Below, piece by piece: positions 1 to 7,682 of a stretch of DNA of 35,203 bases. The stretch is taken from assembly GCA_964561655.1 (NCBI GenBank), contig CAZLQG010000003.1, positions 1-35,203 of the forward strand. Reading direction: 5' to 3'. The notes beneath the pieces were generated by a model. The model made no database searches, was not told where the DNA came from, and was given only the letters and a program-made list of their open reading frames with translations. Numbering within the stretch: position 1 is the first letter of the stretch; every line of letters begins with the position of its first letter. The DNA comes from an uncultured Candidatus Saccharibacteria bacterium. Lineage in GTDB: Bacteria > Patescibacteriota > Doudnabacteria > UBA920. The translations under genes were made by a program, and so were the position numbers.

Positions 1-384
1 TACGCGAGCTGGGTTCAAAACGTCGTGAGACAGTTTGGTCCTTATCCTCTGTGGGTGTACGAAACTTGAGTGGGCGCATCTCTAGTACGAGAGGACCGAG
101 ATGCATAGACCTCTGGTGTACCCGTTGTCCTGTCCAGGGCATCGCGGGGTAGCTAGGTCTAGTTTAGATAAACGCTGAAGGCATATAAGCGTGAAGCTGT
201 CCACAAAACTAGGTTTCGTTGTCCCGACGTAAGTTGGGACGAAAGATTCGCGGGAGACTACCGCGTATTAAAATAGCGAATAGCGGTTAGTAGCAATACT
301 ATACGCTAAACGCTATCTATAGGCTGCAGGTGTAAGGGTAGTAATATCTTGAGCCGAGCAGTACTAATCAATCGAAAGTTTTAA
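1..384 (+). rRNA. rrl: 23S rRNA, 3' end (partial; 3' boundary approximate)
   Basis: Conserved GAGCTGGGTT..AACGTCGTGAGACAGTTTGGTC, sarcin-ricin loop AGTACGAGAGGACC (84-97), GCTGAAGGCATATAAGC, and terminal ATAGG..GTGTAAG..GTACTAAT motifs. Confidence 0.97.
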
Positions 385-427
385 TTTGTTTTCCGCCTAA
401 AGTTTCTTTGAAATTTTGGTGGATAAA

Positions 428-456
428 TTGACTAGCAATTCGTGACCCTATATAAT
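428..456 (+). promoter_or_regulatory. sigma70-type promoter in the 23S-5S spacer
   Basis: TTGACT (428-433), 17-nt spacer, TATAAT (451-456). Confidence 0.7.
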
Positions 457-483
457 AATGAAAAGTAATCTTAGTAATCTGTA

Positions 484-594
484 ATGAAAAACCACCTCAA
501 ATTATTTGTTTCTGTATTTATAATATTAGCGGTCATTAGTTTGTTTTTTGCTCTTTCAAATAATTTAGTTTTTGCCTTAATGCCCTCCTCGTAG
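484..594 (+). CDS. 36-aa hydrophobic small ORF (signal-peptide-like)
   Basis: Manual translation MKNHLKLFVSVFIILAVISLFFALSNNLVFALMPSS*; basic N-terminus, hydrophobic core, downstream of the promoter. Confidence 0.4.
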   Translation: MKNHLKLFVSVFIILAVISLFFALSNNLVFALMPSS

Positions 595-634
595 TTTTTT
601 ATTGTTCTCCAATCAAGAGAATAAGGGACGACGA

Positions 635-745
635 GGGTGGCATTTACGGCGCGGTTCTACCTGATCCCTTCCCGAACTCAGAAGTAAAACGCGCTCGTGC
701 CGATGATACTCCGGTGCATGCCGGCTGAAAAGTAGGTAGCTGCCC
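635..745 (+). rRNA. rrf: 5S rRNA
   Basis: Terminal helix GGGTGGC/GCTGCCC; conserved CCCTTCCCGAACTCAGAAGT, GCCGATGATACT and AGTAGG motifs. Confidence 0.95.
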
Positions 746-753
746 ACTATATG

Positions 754-789
754 AAAAACCTCTCTTATTAAGAGGGGTTTTTGTTTTTG
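754..789 (+). terminator. intrinsic terminator after 5S
   Basis: AAAAACCTCTCTTA-T-TAAGAGGGGTTTTT hairpin followed by a T tract. Confidence 0.8.
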
Positions 790-814
790 CTCCAAAAAAG
801 ATTATAATATATTC

Positions 815-1360
815 ATGCTTTTTACAGTATTTTTATTTGTATTTCTTGCTTTTACCCTTTTGGTTCTGTTTGTAATCACCAGCGCTTTTTTGGGTTTTGC
901 TATCACCCGTGTGCCGTTTGTAACTACACCGGAAAAAGAAATCAGCAAAGCAGTAAAGGAGCTTAATATCACACCCAAAGATACATTTTACGATCTTGGA
1001 AGCGGGAACGGTAAAGTTTGTTTTATAGTTAATGAAATTACAGGCGCGGACTGTATGGGATTTGAGCTTACATATTGGAATTATTTGCTGGCGAAAATAA
1101 AGTCAAGAGTCATCAGCCATCAGTCAAGAGTAACCTTTAAAAATCAAAACTTCTTTAAGCATTCTTGGGATGAAGCTGGTTATATATATGCCTATCTTTA
1201 TCCGCCATTGATGGGAAGGGTGGAGGAAAAATTCGTAAAAGAATGCAAACCGGGTAGCATTGCCATAATTAGGGATTTCCCTTTTCCAAAATCTAAGCCT
1301 TTTAAAGTACTTAACACCGGCAAGGGCCATGAAATTTATTTATATAAAAACGGTGGATGA
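815..1360 (+). CDS. membrane-anchored class I SAM-dependent methyltransferase
   Basis: N-terminal TM helix, VPFV motif, YDLGSGNGK motif I; TATAAT at 803-808 directly upstream. Confidence 0.85.
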   Translation: MLFTVFLFVFLAFTLLVLFVITSAFLGFAITRVPFVTTPEKEISKAVKELNITPKDTFYDLGSGNGKVCFIVNEITGADCMGFELTYWNYLLAKIKSRVISHQSRVTFKNQNFFKHSWDEAGYIYAYLYPPLMGRVEEKFVKECKPGSIAIIRDFPFPKSKPFKVLNTGKGHEIYLYKNGG

Positions 1361-1456
1361 CTAAAATTTTGTAGAAGATATTTGTATGATTTTATGTTAA
1401 AATATGCCTTATTTAAGACATATTTTAAGTTATGCACAATTTTTGTAGAAAAAAAG

Positions 1457-1485
1457 TTGACAAAATTACCACATAGTTCTATTAT
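1457..1485 (+). promoter_or_regulatory. sigma70 promoter, probably leaderless
   Basis: TTGACA (1457-1462), 17 nt, TATTAT (1480-1485); ATG 6 nt downstream. Confidence 0.75.
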
Positions 1486-1491
1486 CATAAC

Positions 1492-2238
1492 ATGCAATTT
1501 GAAGCTATTTTAAAAGGTTTGGGACTAAATGACAAAGAAATAGCAGTTTATTTAGCGCTTATAGAGCTTGGTCCTTCGCCGGTTCGCGCCATATCAACAA
1601 AGTCCAAGGTTAACAGGGGCACTACTTACGATATTCTAAAAGCTCTGCAAAACCAGGGTTTGGTTAGTTTTTATGATACCAAGTCTCACCAGTATTTTGT
1701 CGCAGAGCCGCCGGAAAAGTTAATTTTTCTTTTGGAACAAAAAAGCAATAGTATTGAAGAATTAAAATCTAAAATTCAATCCGCTCTTCCTCAAATTAGG
1801 GCAAGGTTCGAAAAGCAGGGAGGCAAGCCGGCAGTTAAGCTGTATGAAGGTTTGAGCGGAATAAGATATATTTTAGAAGATGTGCTTGAAACAATGAGTG
1901 TGAGCGATAAAAAAACTTATTACATTTATTCTTCTTCAGATGTTAGAAAAAATGTCTATTTGGCAATGAAAGACTTTAGTGCAAAGAGAATAAAGAAAAA
2001 TATTAAAGTCCAAAGTATATCTTTAGGAGAGGGAGGACAGCTTGTGGGGTTGGATGAAAGAAAATGGATGAAGTTTCCGGTTAAAGACCTTAAAGCCACT
2101 TATGAAATTATTTACAATGGGAAAGTTGCGCATATTTCTTTAGACAACGCAGAAAATCCAGTCGGCGTGGTAATTCAGAACGATGAAATTTATGAAACCC
2201 AAAAGCTAATTTTTGAAAATATTTGGAATAAGTTGTAG
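1492..2238 (+). CDS. TrmB-family transcriptional regulator
   Basis: LKGLGLNDKEIAVYLAL..RGTTYDILKALQNQGLV winged HTH, YEG motif, C-terminal effector-type domain. Confidence 0.88.
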   Translation: MQFEAILKGLGLNDKEIAVYLALIELGPSPVRAISTKSKVNRGTTYDILKALQNQGLVSFYDTKSHQYFVAEPPEKLIFLLEQKSNSIEELKSKIQSALPQIRARFEKQGGKPAVKLYEGLSGIRYILEDVLETMSVSDKKTYYIYSSSDVRKNVYLAMKDFSAKRIKKNIKVQSISLGEGGQLVGLDERKWMKFPVKDLKATYEIIYNGKVAHISLDNAENPVGVVIQNDEIYETQKLIFENIWNKL

Positions 2239-2296
2239 TTGTCCTGCAGGGCCACAATAGTTTTGCGTTTTGAGTTATTAATTTTGAGATATCTTT

Positions 2297-4156
2297 ATGT
2301 GCGGAATAGTCGGTTATATCGGTAAAAAACAGGCGGCGCCAATCCTATTGCAGGGTTTGCGCGATTTGGAATACCGCGGTTACGATAGCGCTGGGGTTGC
2401 GCTTCTTGAGAATGATAAGATAGTGCGGATTAGAGCAGTAGGTAAAGTAGAAAAACTTGCGGAGAAATTGCAGAATGACCATAATTTATCCCAAATCGGC
2501 ATAGCTCATACCCGCTGGGCAACGCACGGAGGGGTTACGGAAAAAAACGCGCATCCGCATGTGGCTCAAGATGGCAAACTCGCACTAGTGCATAATGGAA
2601 TTATTGAGAATTATCGTGAACTCAAAGAGCAATTGAGCAGAGAGGGGGTAAAGTTTGAGTCAGAGACGGACACGGAGGTGTTGGCGCATTGGATAGCAAA
2701 GAATTATGAATCAGGAATCAGAAATCAGGAATCAGACAACGGCTCTTTGTTGGCGCGTGCAGTGAAGAAAGCATTGATAAGTGTGAGAGGGACTTATGGC
2801 ATCTTAGTTATGCACGCTGACCATCCGGGCCAGCTTGTGGCGGCGCGGCTAGGAAGCCCCCTGGCCATAGGCATAGGCGAAGGCGAGTATTACATTGCCA
2901 GCGATGTCACACCAATGCTTCCTTACACCAAACAAGTGACCTTTTTGGATGATGGAGAGATAGCGTCAATCAATGAGGAAGGTTTGAAGATTGTAAATTT
3001 GCGCAATCAGATAGTTGATAAAGACATTACTCAGATTGATTGGGATCAAGAAACGGCACAAAGAGGTGGGTTTGAGCATTTTATGCTTAAAGAAATTTTT
3101 GACCAGCCCACCGTGTTTGAGGACGCTATAAGAGGGCGCACGGATATGGATGAAGGCACTGCGCATTTGGGTGGGTTGAATATGACAGCTGAGCAGATGA
3201 GAGAGATTAAAAGGATTGCGATAATTGCGGAAGGCACCGCGCGCCACGCGGGACTTATTGGCAAGTATGCCTTTGAACGTTTGGCGAATTTGCCGGTGGA
3301 AGTAGATTTTTCTTCGGAGTTTAGGTACCGCGATCCGATAGTTAATAAATCCACTTTAGTATTTGCCATTTCCCAGTCCGGAGAAACCGCTGACACGCTT
3401 ATGGCCGCGCGTGAAGCTAAAAGAAAAGGCGCGTTCGTTCGGGGCATTGTTAATGTGATTGGCTCAACAATTGCGCGGGAAAGCGGGGCAGGCACTTACA
3501 TTCACGCCGGGCCGGAACTCGCCGTGGCATCCACCAAGGCTTATACGAATATGGTGGCAATTTTGCTTTTGTACGCTTTGCAGTTTGGCCGGCTTAAGCA
3601 TACGTCAATTGCCACGGGACAAAGAATCCTACAAGCGCTTTTGGCAATCCCAGCGCAGATGAATGTTATGTTAAAGCAGAATGATGAAATTAAAAAAATT
3701 GCTAAAAAATATTCAAAATATAATAATATTCTTTTTCTTGGCCGTGGAGTAAATTATCCGGTCGCTTTGGAAGGCGCGCTTAAGCTCAAAGAAATTTCTT
3801 ATATTCACTGTGAAGCTTTTGCCGGAGGGGAAATGAAGCACGGGCCGCTGGCTTTGGTGACCAAAGACGTGCCTGTAGTGGCAATAATGACTAAAAACCA
3901 GCTTTATGAGAAAATTAAAAGTAACGTTTTAGAAGCAAAGGCGCGCGGAGCTAAAATTTTAGCAATTGCCAGTGGAGGCGATGAGGAAATTAAAGAAGTT
4001 GCGGACGACGTAATCTACGTGCCCAAAACCATGGAACTTTTAGAATCGCTTATTAACACCATCCCTTTGCAGCTGTTTGCTTACCATATTGCCGTTGCAT
4101 TGGGACGGGACGTTGACCGCCCGAGAAATTTAGCTAAAAGTGTAACAGTTGAATAA
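2297..4156 (+). CDS. glmS: glutamine-fructose-6-phosphate aminotransferase
   Basis: MCGIVG, LEYRGYDSAG, HTRWATHG, HNGIIEN, SQSGETADT, VASTKAYT, PRNLAKSVTVE. Confidence 0.98.
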   Translation: MCGIVGYIGKKQAAPILLQGLRDLEYRGYDSAGVALLENDKIVRIRAVGKVEKLAEKLQNDHNLSQIGIAHTRWATHGGVTEKNAHPHVAQDGKLALVHNGIIENYRELKEQLSREGVKFESETDTEVLAHWIAKNYESGIRNQESDNGSLLARAVKKALISVRGTYGILVMHADHPGQLVAARLGSPLAIGIGEGEYYIASDVTPMLPYTKQVTFLDDGEIASINEEGLKIVNLRNQIVDKDITQIDWDQETAQRGGFEHFMLKEIFDQPTVFEDAIRGRTDMDEGTAHLGGLNMTAEQMREIKRIAIIAEGTARHAGLIGKYAFERLANLPVEVDFSSEFRYRDPIVNKSTLVFAISQSGETADTLMAAREAKRKGAFVRGIVNVIGSTIARESGAGTYIHAGPELAVASTKAYTNMVAILLLYALQFGRLKHTSIATGQRILQALLAIPAQMNVMLKQNDEIKKIAKKYSKYNNILFLGRGVNYPVALEGALKLKEISYIHCEAFAGGEMKHGPLALVTKDVPVVAIMTKNQLYEKIKSNVLEAKARGAKILAIASGGDEEIKEVADDVIYVPKTMELLESLINTIPLQLFAYHIAVALGRDVDRPRNLAKSVTVE

Positions 4157-4160
4157 GATT

Positions 4161-4907
4161 ATGAAGAATAAATTTGAACAAACTTCACAACCTATACCGG
4201 AACAGATTAGGGAGAGAATGTTAAAGGAACCAGAATACCTTCCTTCGCATGGTGATATTAGAATTGCTTTTCCCACTCAGAAAGAATGGAGTGATTACAG
4301 AGTAGAGGTAGATTTCCACGAATTATTAAATAAAGAATTTTTGGCAGCATTGTCAGATTATCTAGCGAAAAGGATTACTGCTTACGGTGGGACTAAAGAG
4401 CATCCGGTCGTAATATTAGAAGCAGGGGCAGGCGACGGCCGTTTAACTCATTTTTTGTGCCAAGGATTGGAGGAAAGAACGAAAGGTAAATTTAGAATAG
4501 TGGCAGTAGATATAGGCGAGTGGATACCCAACCCCCCTTTTCCTGTAGAGAATATTGATTATAAAGAAGCTTTAAAAGAACATAAGCCCGCAATAGTTAT
4601 ATGTTCTTGGATGCGTCCAAGGACGGACTGGACGGCAGATTTTAGAGGGCAGAAAAGCGTTAAAGAGTATATCTTAATTGGGGAAAAATATGGCGGGGCT
4701 AGCGGTAGAGACTGGGAGACTTGGGGGGTTAAATTAAATGTAGATTCTGGAGGCCCTATAGAAAGACCAGAAACAGCTCCATATAAGGTTGATGGTTTTG
4801 AGAGTTTCGATCTTGAGGATATTAGCCAACATCAAATAGCTTGTACTGATTATCCTCCCTTGGAGCATGAACATTCACATACAGTTTCTTTTAGGAGAAA
4901 AAGTTAA
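4161..4907 (+). CDS. putative SAM-dependent methyltransferase-fold protein
   Basis: ILEAGAGDGRL motif I followed by IVAVD; ATG 4161 chosen just after the glmS stop. Confidence 0.65.
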   Translation: MKNKFEQTSQPIPEQIRERMLKEPEYLPSHGDIRIAFPTQKEWSDYRVEVDFHELLNKEFLAALSDYLAKRITAYGGTKEHPVVILEAGAGDGRLTHFLCQGLEERTKGKFRIVAVDIGEWIPNPPFPVENIDYKEALKEHKPAIVICSWMRPRTDWTADFRGQKSVKEYILIGEKYGGASGRDWETWGVKLNVDSGGPIERPETAPYKVDGFESFDLEDISQHQIACTDYPPLEHEHSHTVSFRRKS

Positions 4908-4926
4908 TTTTATTTCAATACGAATT

Positions 4927-5991
4927 ATGAAACTTTTTGAATATCAGGGAAAAGAATTATTTCAAAAATATGGGATAGCAGTTCCGAAGAGCCAGCTGAT
5001 TTCGGCGCAGACAGAGAGGGCTTCTCTTGAACCGCCATTTATTTTAAAGGCCCAGGTGCTTTCCGGAAACCGCATGAAAAAAGGCGGTATCGTAGTGGTA
5101 GATAGCGTTAGCGAGTTTGAGAATTTAAAAAATAAGATTTTTAATACCCTAATTGACGGGAGTTTGCCGGAAAAAATATTGCTGGAAGAAAAAATTGAGG
5201 CAAAAAAAGAACTGTATATATCTTTTAGCTACAGTACAGATACCCGAACGCCGGTATTTTCCATTTCCGCCAAAGGAGGGGCCGGAGTAAGCGCGGCTGA
5301 TATTTTTTCAATAGATTTAACGGAAGAACTGACAGATTCTGTCCTGCGGAATTGGCTTGATAAGACTAAAATTTTAGCTTCAGGCGGGTTACTGAAGGCC
5401 ATTCGTTCTTTATGGAAATTATTTTTAGATGAGAAGGCTTTAATTGCGGAAATTAACCCGTTGTTTGAGTTGGACAGCGACGCGTTTGTTGCCGGTGATG
5501 CCAAAATTGTTTTGGACGATAACGCGGTTAATCCGAAGTTCCGGCCCTTTTTGGATTTGGACGGTGATATTGCGGTGCTGGCATCCGGCGGCGGCGCTTC
5601 GCTTATCAACTTGGACGCTTTGCTCAAGCACGGGGGCAGGCCGGCAAATTACGTTGAATATTCCGGCAACCCGCCGGCGTCCGTGGTGGAAGAACTCACA
5701 GTCAAAGTCTTGTCTAAACCGAATTTAAAAGGCTGCTGGGTTATCGGCGGGCTTGCGAACTTTACCGACATTTATGAAACTTTGCTTGGGTTTGTGCAGG
5801 GACTTAAGAAAATTAAACCCCTGCCTTCCTATCCGATTGTTATCCGCAGAGATGGGCCAAGGCAGAAAGAAGCTTATAAAATGCTAAATGAAACGGCGAA
5901 AAAAGAGGGTTTTGACTTTCATTTATATGGACCGGAAATTTCCATGTCGGATTCGGCCGGAATAATGGTTAAATTAGCTTATAACAAATGA
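4927..5991 (+). CDS. ATP-grasp + citrate-binding subunit (ATP-citrate lyase beta / citryl-CoA synthetase large subunit)
   Basis: MKLFEYQGKELF, KAQV, EINPL (SucC/AclB ATP-grasp) plus ACL-type ASGGGAS, ANYVEYSGNP and GGLANFTDI. Confidence 0.85.
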   Translation: MKLFEYQGKELFQKYGIAVPKSQLISAQTERASLEPPFILKAQVLSGNRMKKGGIVVVDSVSEFENLKNKIFNTLIDGSLPEKILLEEKIEAKKELYISFSYSTDTRTPVFSISAKGGAGVSAADIFSIDLTEELTDSVLRNWLDKTKILASGGLLKAIRSLWKLFLDEKALIAEINPLFELDSDAFVAGDAKIVLDDNAVNPKFRPFLDLDGDIAVLASGGGASLINLDALLKHGGRPANYVEYSGNPPASVVEELTVKVLSKPNLKGCWVIGGLANFTDIYETLLGFVQGLKKIKPLPSYPIVIRRDGPRQKEAYKMLNETAKKEGFDFHLYGPEISMSDSAGIMVKLAYNK

Positions 5992-6896
5992 GTATATTAA
6001 TAGATGAAAATACAAAAGTCCTGATTCAGGGTATTACGGGCAAGGAAGGATCACGCGCAGCGGGAGAAATTTTTCGGTACGGCACGCGGGTATTAGCGGG
6101 CGTAACTCCCGGGAAAGGCGGGCAGACCACGGAAATTGGAGCGCCGGTGTTCAACAGTGTGAAGGAAGCCTTGGCAAAATTCCCGGAGATAAATACCAGT
6201 TTAATTGTTGTACCGGCGCCGTTTGTGCTGAGCGCGGCAACAGAAGCTATTGAATGTAAAATACCTTTGATAAATATTTTAACGGAAAAAGTTCCGGTAC
6301 TGGATGTGGCAAAAATTATAAGCTTGGCGCTTCGGGCAGGAGTTAAAGTTGTAGGCCCGAGTTCAGTGGGAATTATTTCTCCCAAAAAAGCAAAAATCGG
6401 CAGTATTGGCAGTTCGGAGCTGGTCCATAAAACTTTTGCTTCCGGCTTTGTGGGAGTTATGTCTAAAAGCGGCGGTATGACAGCGGAAATTTCCAGAATT
6501 TTGACAGAAAGCGGTCTGGGGCAAAGCACTGTCGTGGGGATTGGCGGTGATTTGCTTATTGGTTCGGATTTTGTAGATTTAGCCTTGGAATTTGAAAAAG
6601 ACCCGGAGACTAAAGTGCTGGTAATTTTTGGTGAAGTGGGGGGTTCCTATGAAGAAAAATTGGCGGAGGCAATGCGGCAAAAGAAAATAAAGAAGCCGGT
6701 TGTAGCGTTGATTGCCGGAAGATTTTCTGAAAAATTGCCGCAAGACACCGTGCTGGGGCATGCAGGAGCGATTGTCAGCAAGGGAAAAGGTTCGGCTAAT
6801 TCCAAAATTGCAGCTTTGGAAAAAGCAGGCGCAGTGATTGCGGAAATTCCGGAGGATATTTCTTTATTGGTTAAAAAAATTATTAATGCCAACTAA
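5988..6896 (+). CDS. CoA-binding/phosphohistidine subunit (SucD-like; citryl-CoA synthetase small subunit)
   Basis: QGITGKEG, GVTPGKGG, SKSGGM, GIGGD, GEVGG, GHAGA; ATGA overlap with the upstream gene. Confidence 0.88.
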   Translation: MSILIDENTKVLIQGITGKEGSRAAGEIFRYGTRVLAGVTPGKGGQTTEIGAPVFNSVKEALAKFPEINTSLIVVPAPFVLSAATEAIECKIPLINILTEKVPVLDVAKIISLALRAGVKVVGPSSVGIISPKKAKIGSIGSSELVHKTFASGFVGVMSKSGGMTAEISRILTESGLGQSTVVGIGGDLLIGSDFVDLALEFEKDPETKVLVIFGEVGGSYEEKLAEAMRQKKIKKPVVALIAGRFSEKLPQDTVLGHAGAIVSKGKGSANSKIAALEKAGAVIAEIPEDISLLVKKIINAN

Positions 6897-6897
6897 T

Positions 6898-7602
6898 ATG
6901 AAATTTAAAACAGCCATAAGCCAAACCAAAAACAACAAACACTATATTTGGGGAAAAGATATTTTAGAATTAATGGACAGGCATTCTTTTACTGAAGTTA
7001 TTTTTTTGTTTTTGCGCGGCAGTTTGCCAAAAAAAAATGAACAAGCACTTTTGGAAGCTGTGCTAATTGCCGCCACGGAGAACGGGATAGAAGCGCCGTC
7101 GCTGTTTGTGCCGCGCGTGGTTGCGGCCAGCGGAAATGAATTTCATGCTGCATTGGCCGCAGGCATGCTTTCCATAGGCGAAAAACACGGCGGGGCAGCA
7201 GGAAAAGCCGCAGAGCTGTTTAGCTGCGGCAAAAGCGCGGAGCAGATTGTTAAAGAAAATAAGATTATTCCCGGCTTCGGGCATAAAATGTATAAAGACG
7301 AAGACCCAAGGGCGACTTTGTTGCATCAAAAATCTAAAGATTTAGGCTTTTCGGGGAAGTATTTTGAAATTGCCAAAGAAATTGAGAAAATATTAGCGGA
7401 AAAGAAAGGCAGGGAATTGCCTTTGAATATTGACGGCGCTATGGCTTGCTGTATGTTGGAATTGGGGCTTGATGCCAAACTGGGCAAAGCCTTGTTCTTG
7501 ATCGGCCGCATTGTCGGTATGTCTGCGCACATTTTGGAAGAATACAAGCAGGGGAATAGTTATTATAGGCTGGGGGAAGATGAAATTGAATATCAAGAAT
7601 AA
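6898..7602 (+). CDS. citryl-CoA lyase (citrate synthase-like fold)
   Basis: HGGA, IPGFGH, DPR, LNIDG, GR..G..AH motifs; about 234 aa stand-alone. Confidence 0.85.
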   Translation: MKFKTAISQTKNNKHYIWGKDILELMDRHSFTEVIFLFLRGSLPKKNEQALLEAVLIAATENGIEAPSLFVPRVVAASGNEFHAALAAGMLSIGEKHGGAAGKAAELFSCGKSAEQIVKENKIIPGFGHKMYKDEDPRATLLHQKSKDLGFSGKYFEIAKEIEKILAEKKGRELPLNIDGAMACCMLELGLDAKLGKALFLIGRIVGMSAHILEEYKQGNSYYRLGEDEIEYQE

Positions 7603-7607
7603 ATTTG

Positions 7608-7673
7608 ATGAAAGCATTGGTTTTCGACTCCAGTACCACAACCTTCGGCTGGCTACGGGGTAGGCAAAAGTAA
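7608..7673 (+). other. duplicated tdh 5' end (mini-ORF MKALVFD...) with a short palindrome
   Basis: ATGAAAGCATTGGTTTTCGA (7608) vs ATGAAAGCACTAGTTTTCGA (7683); imperfect palindrome at 7627-7661. Confidence 0.7.
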
Positions 7674-7682
7674 ACCTATGTT

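Noticed and set aside
613-795. 60-aa minus-strand ORF
   Set aside because: It is antisense to 5S rRNA and its terminator
2239-2296. glmS ribozyme upstream of glmS
   Set aside because: Only 58 nt of intergenic space and no conserved ribozyme core
4927-6896. Annotation as succinyl-CoA synthetase sucCD
   Set aside because: The large subunit lacks the SucC NGAGL and NFLDVGG motifs, has ACL-type motifs, and a citryl-CoA lyase gene follows
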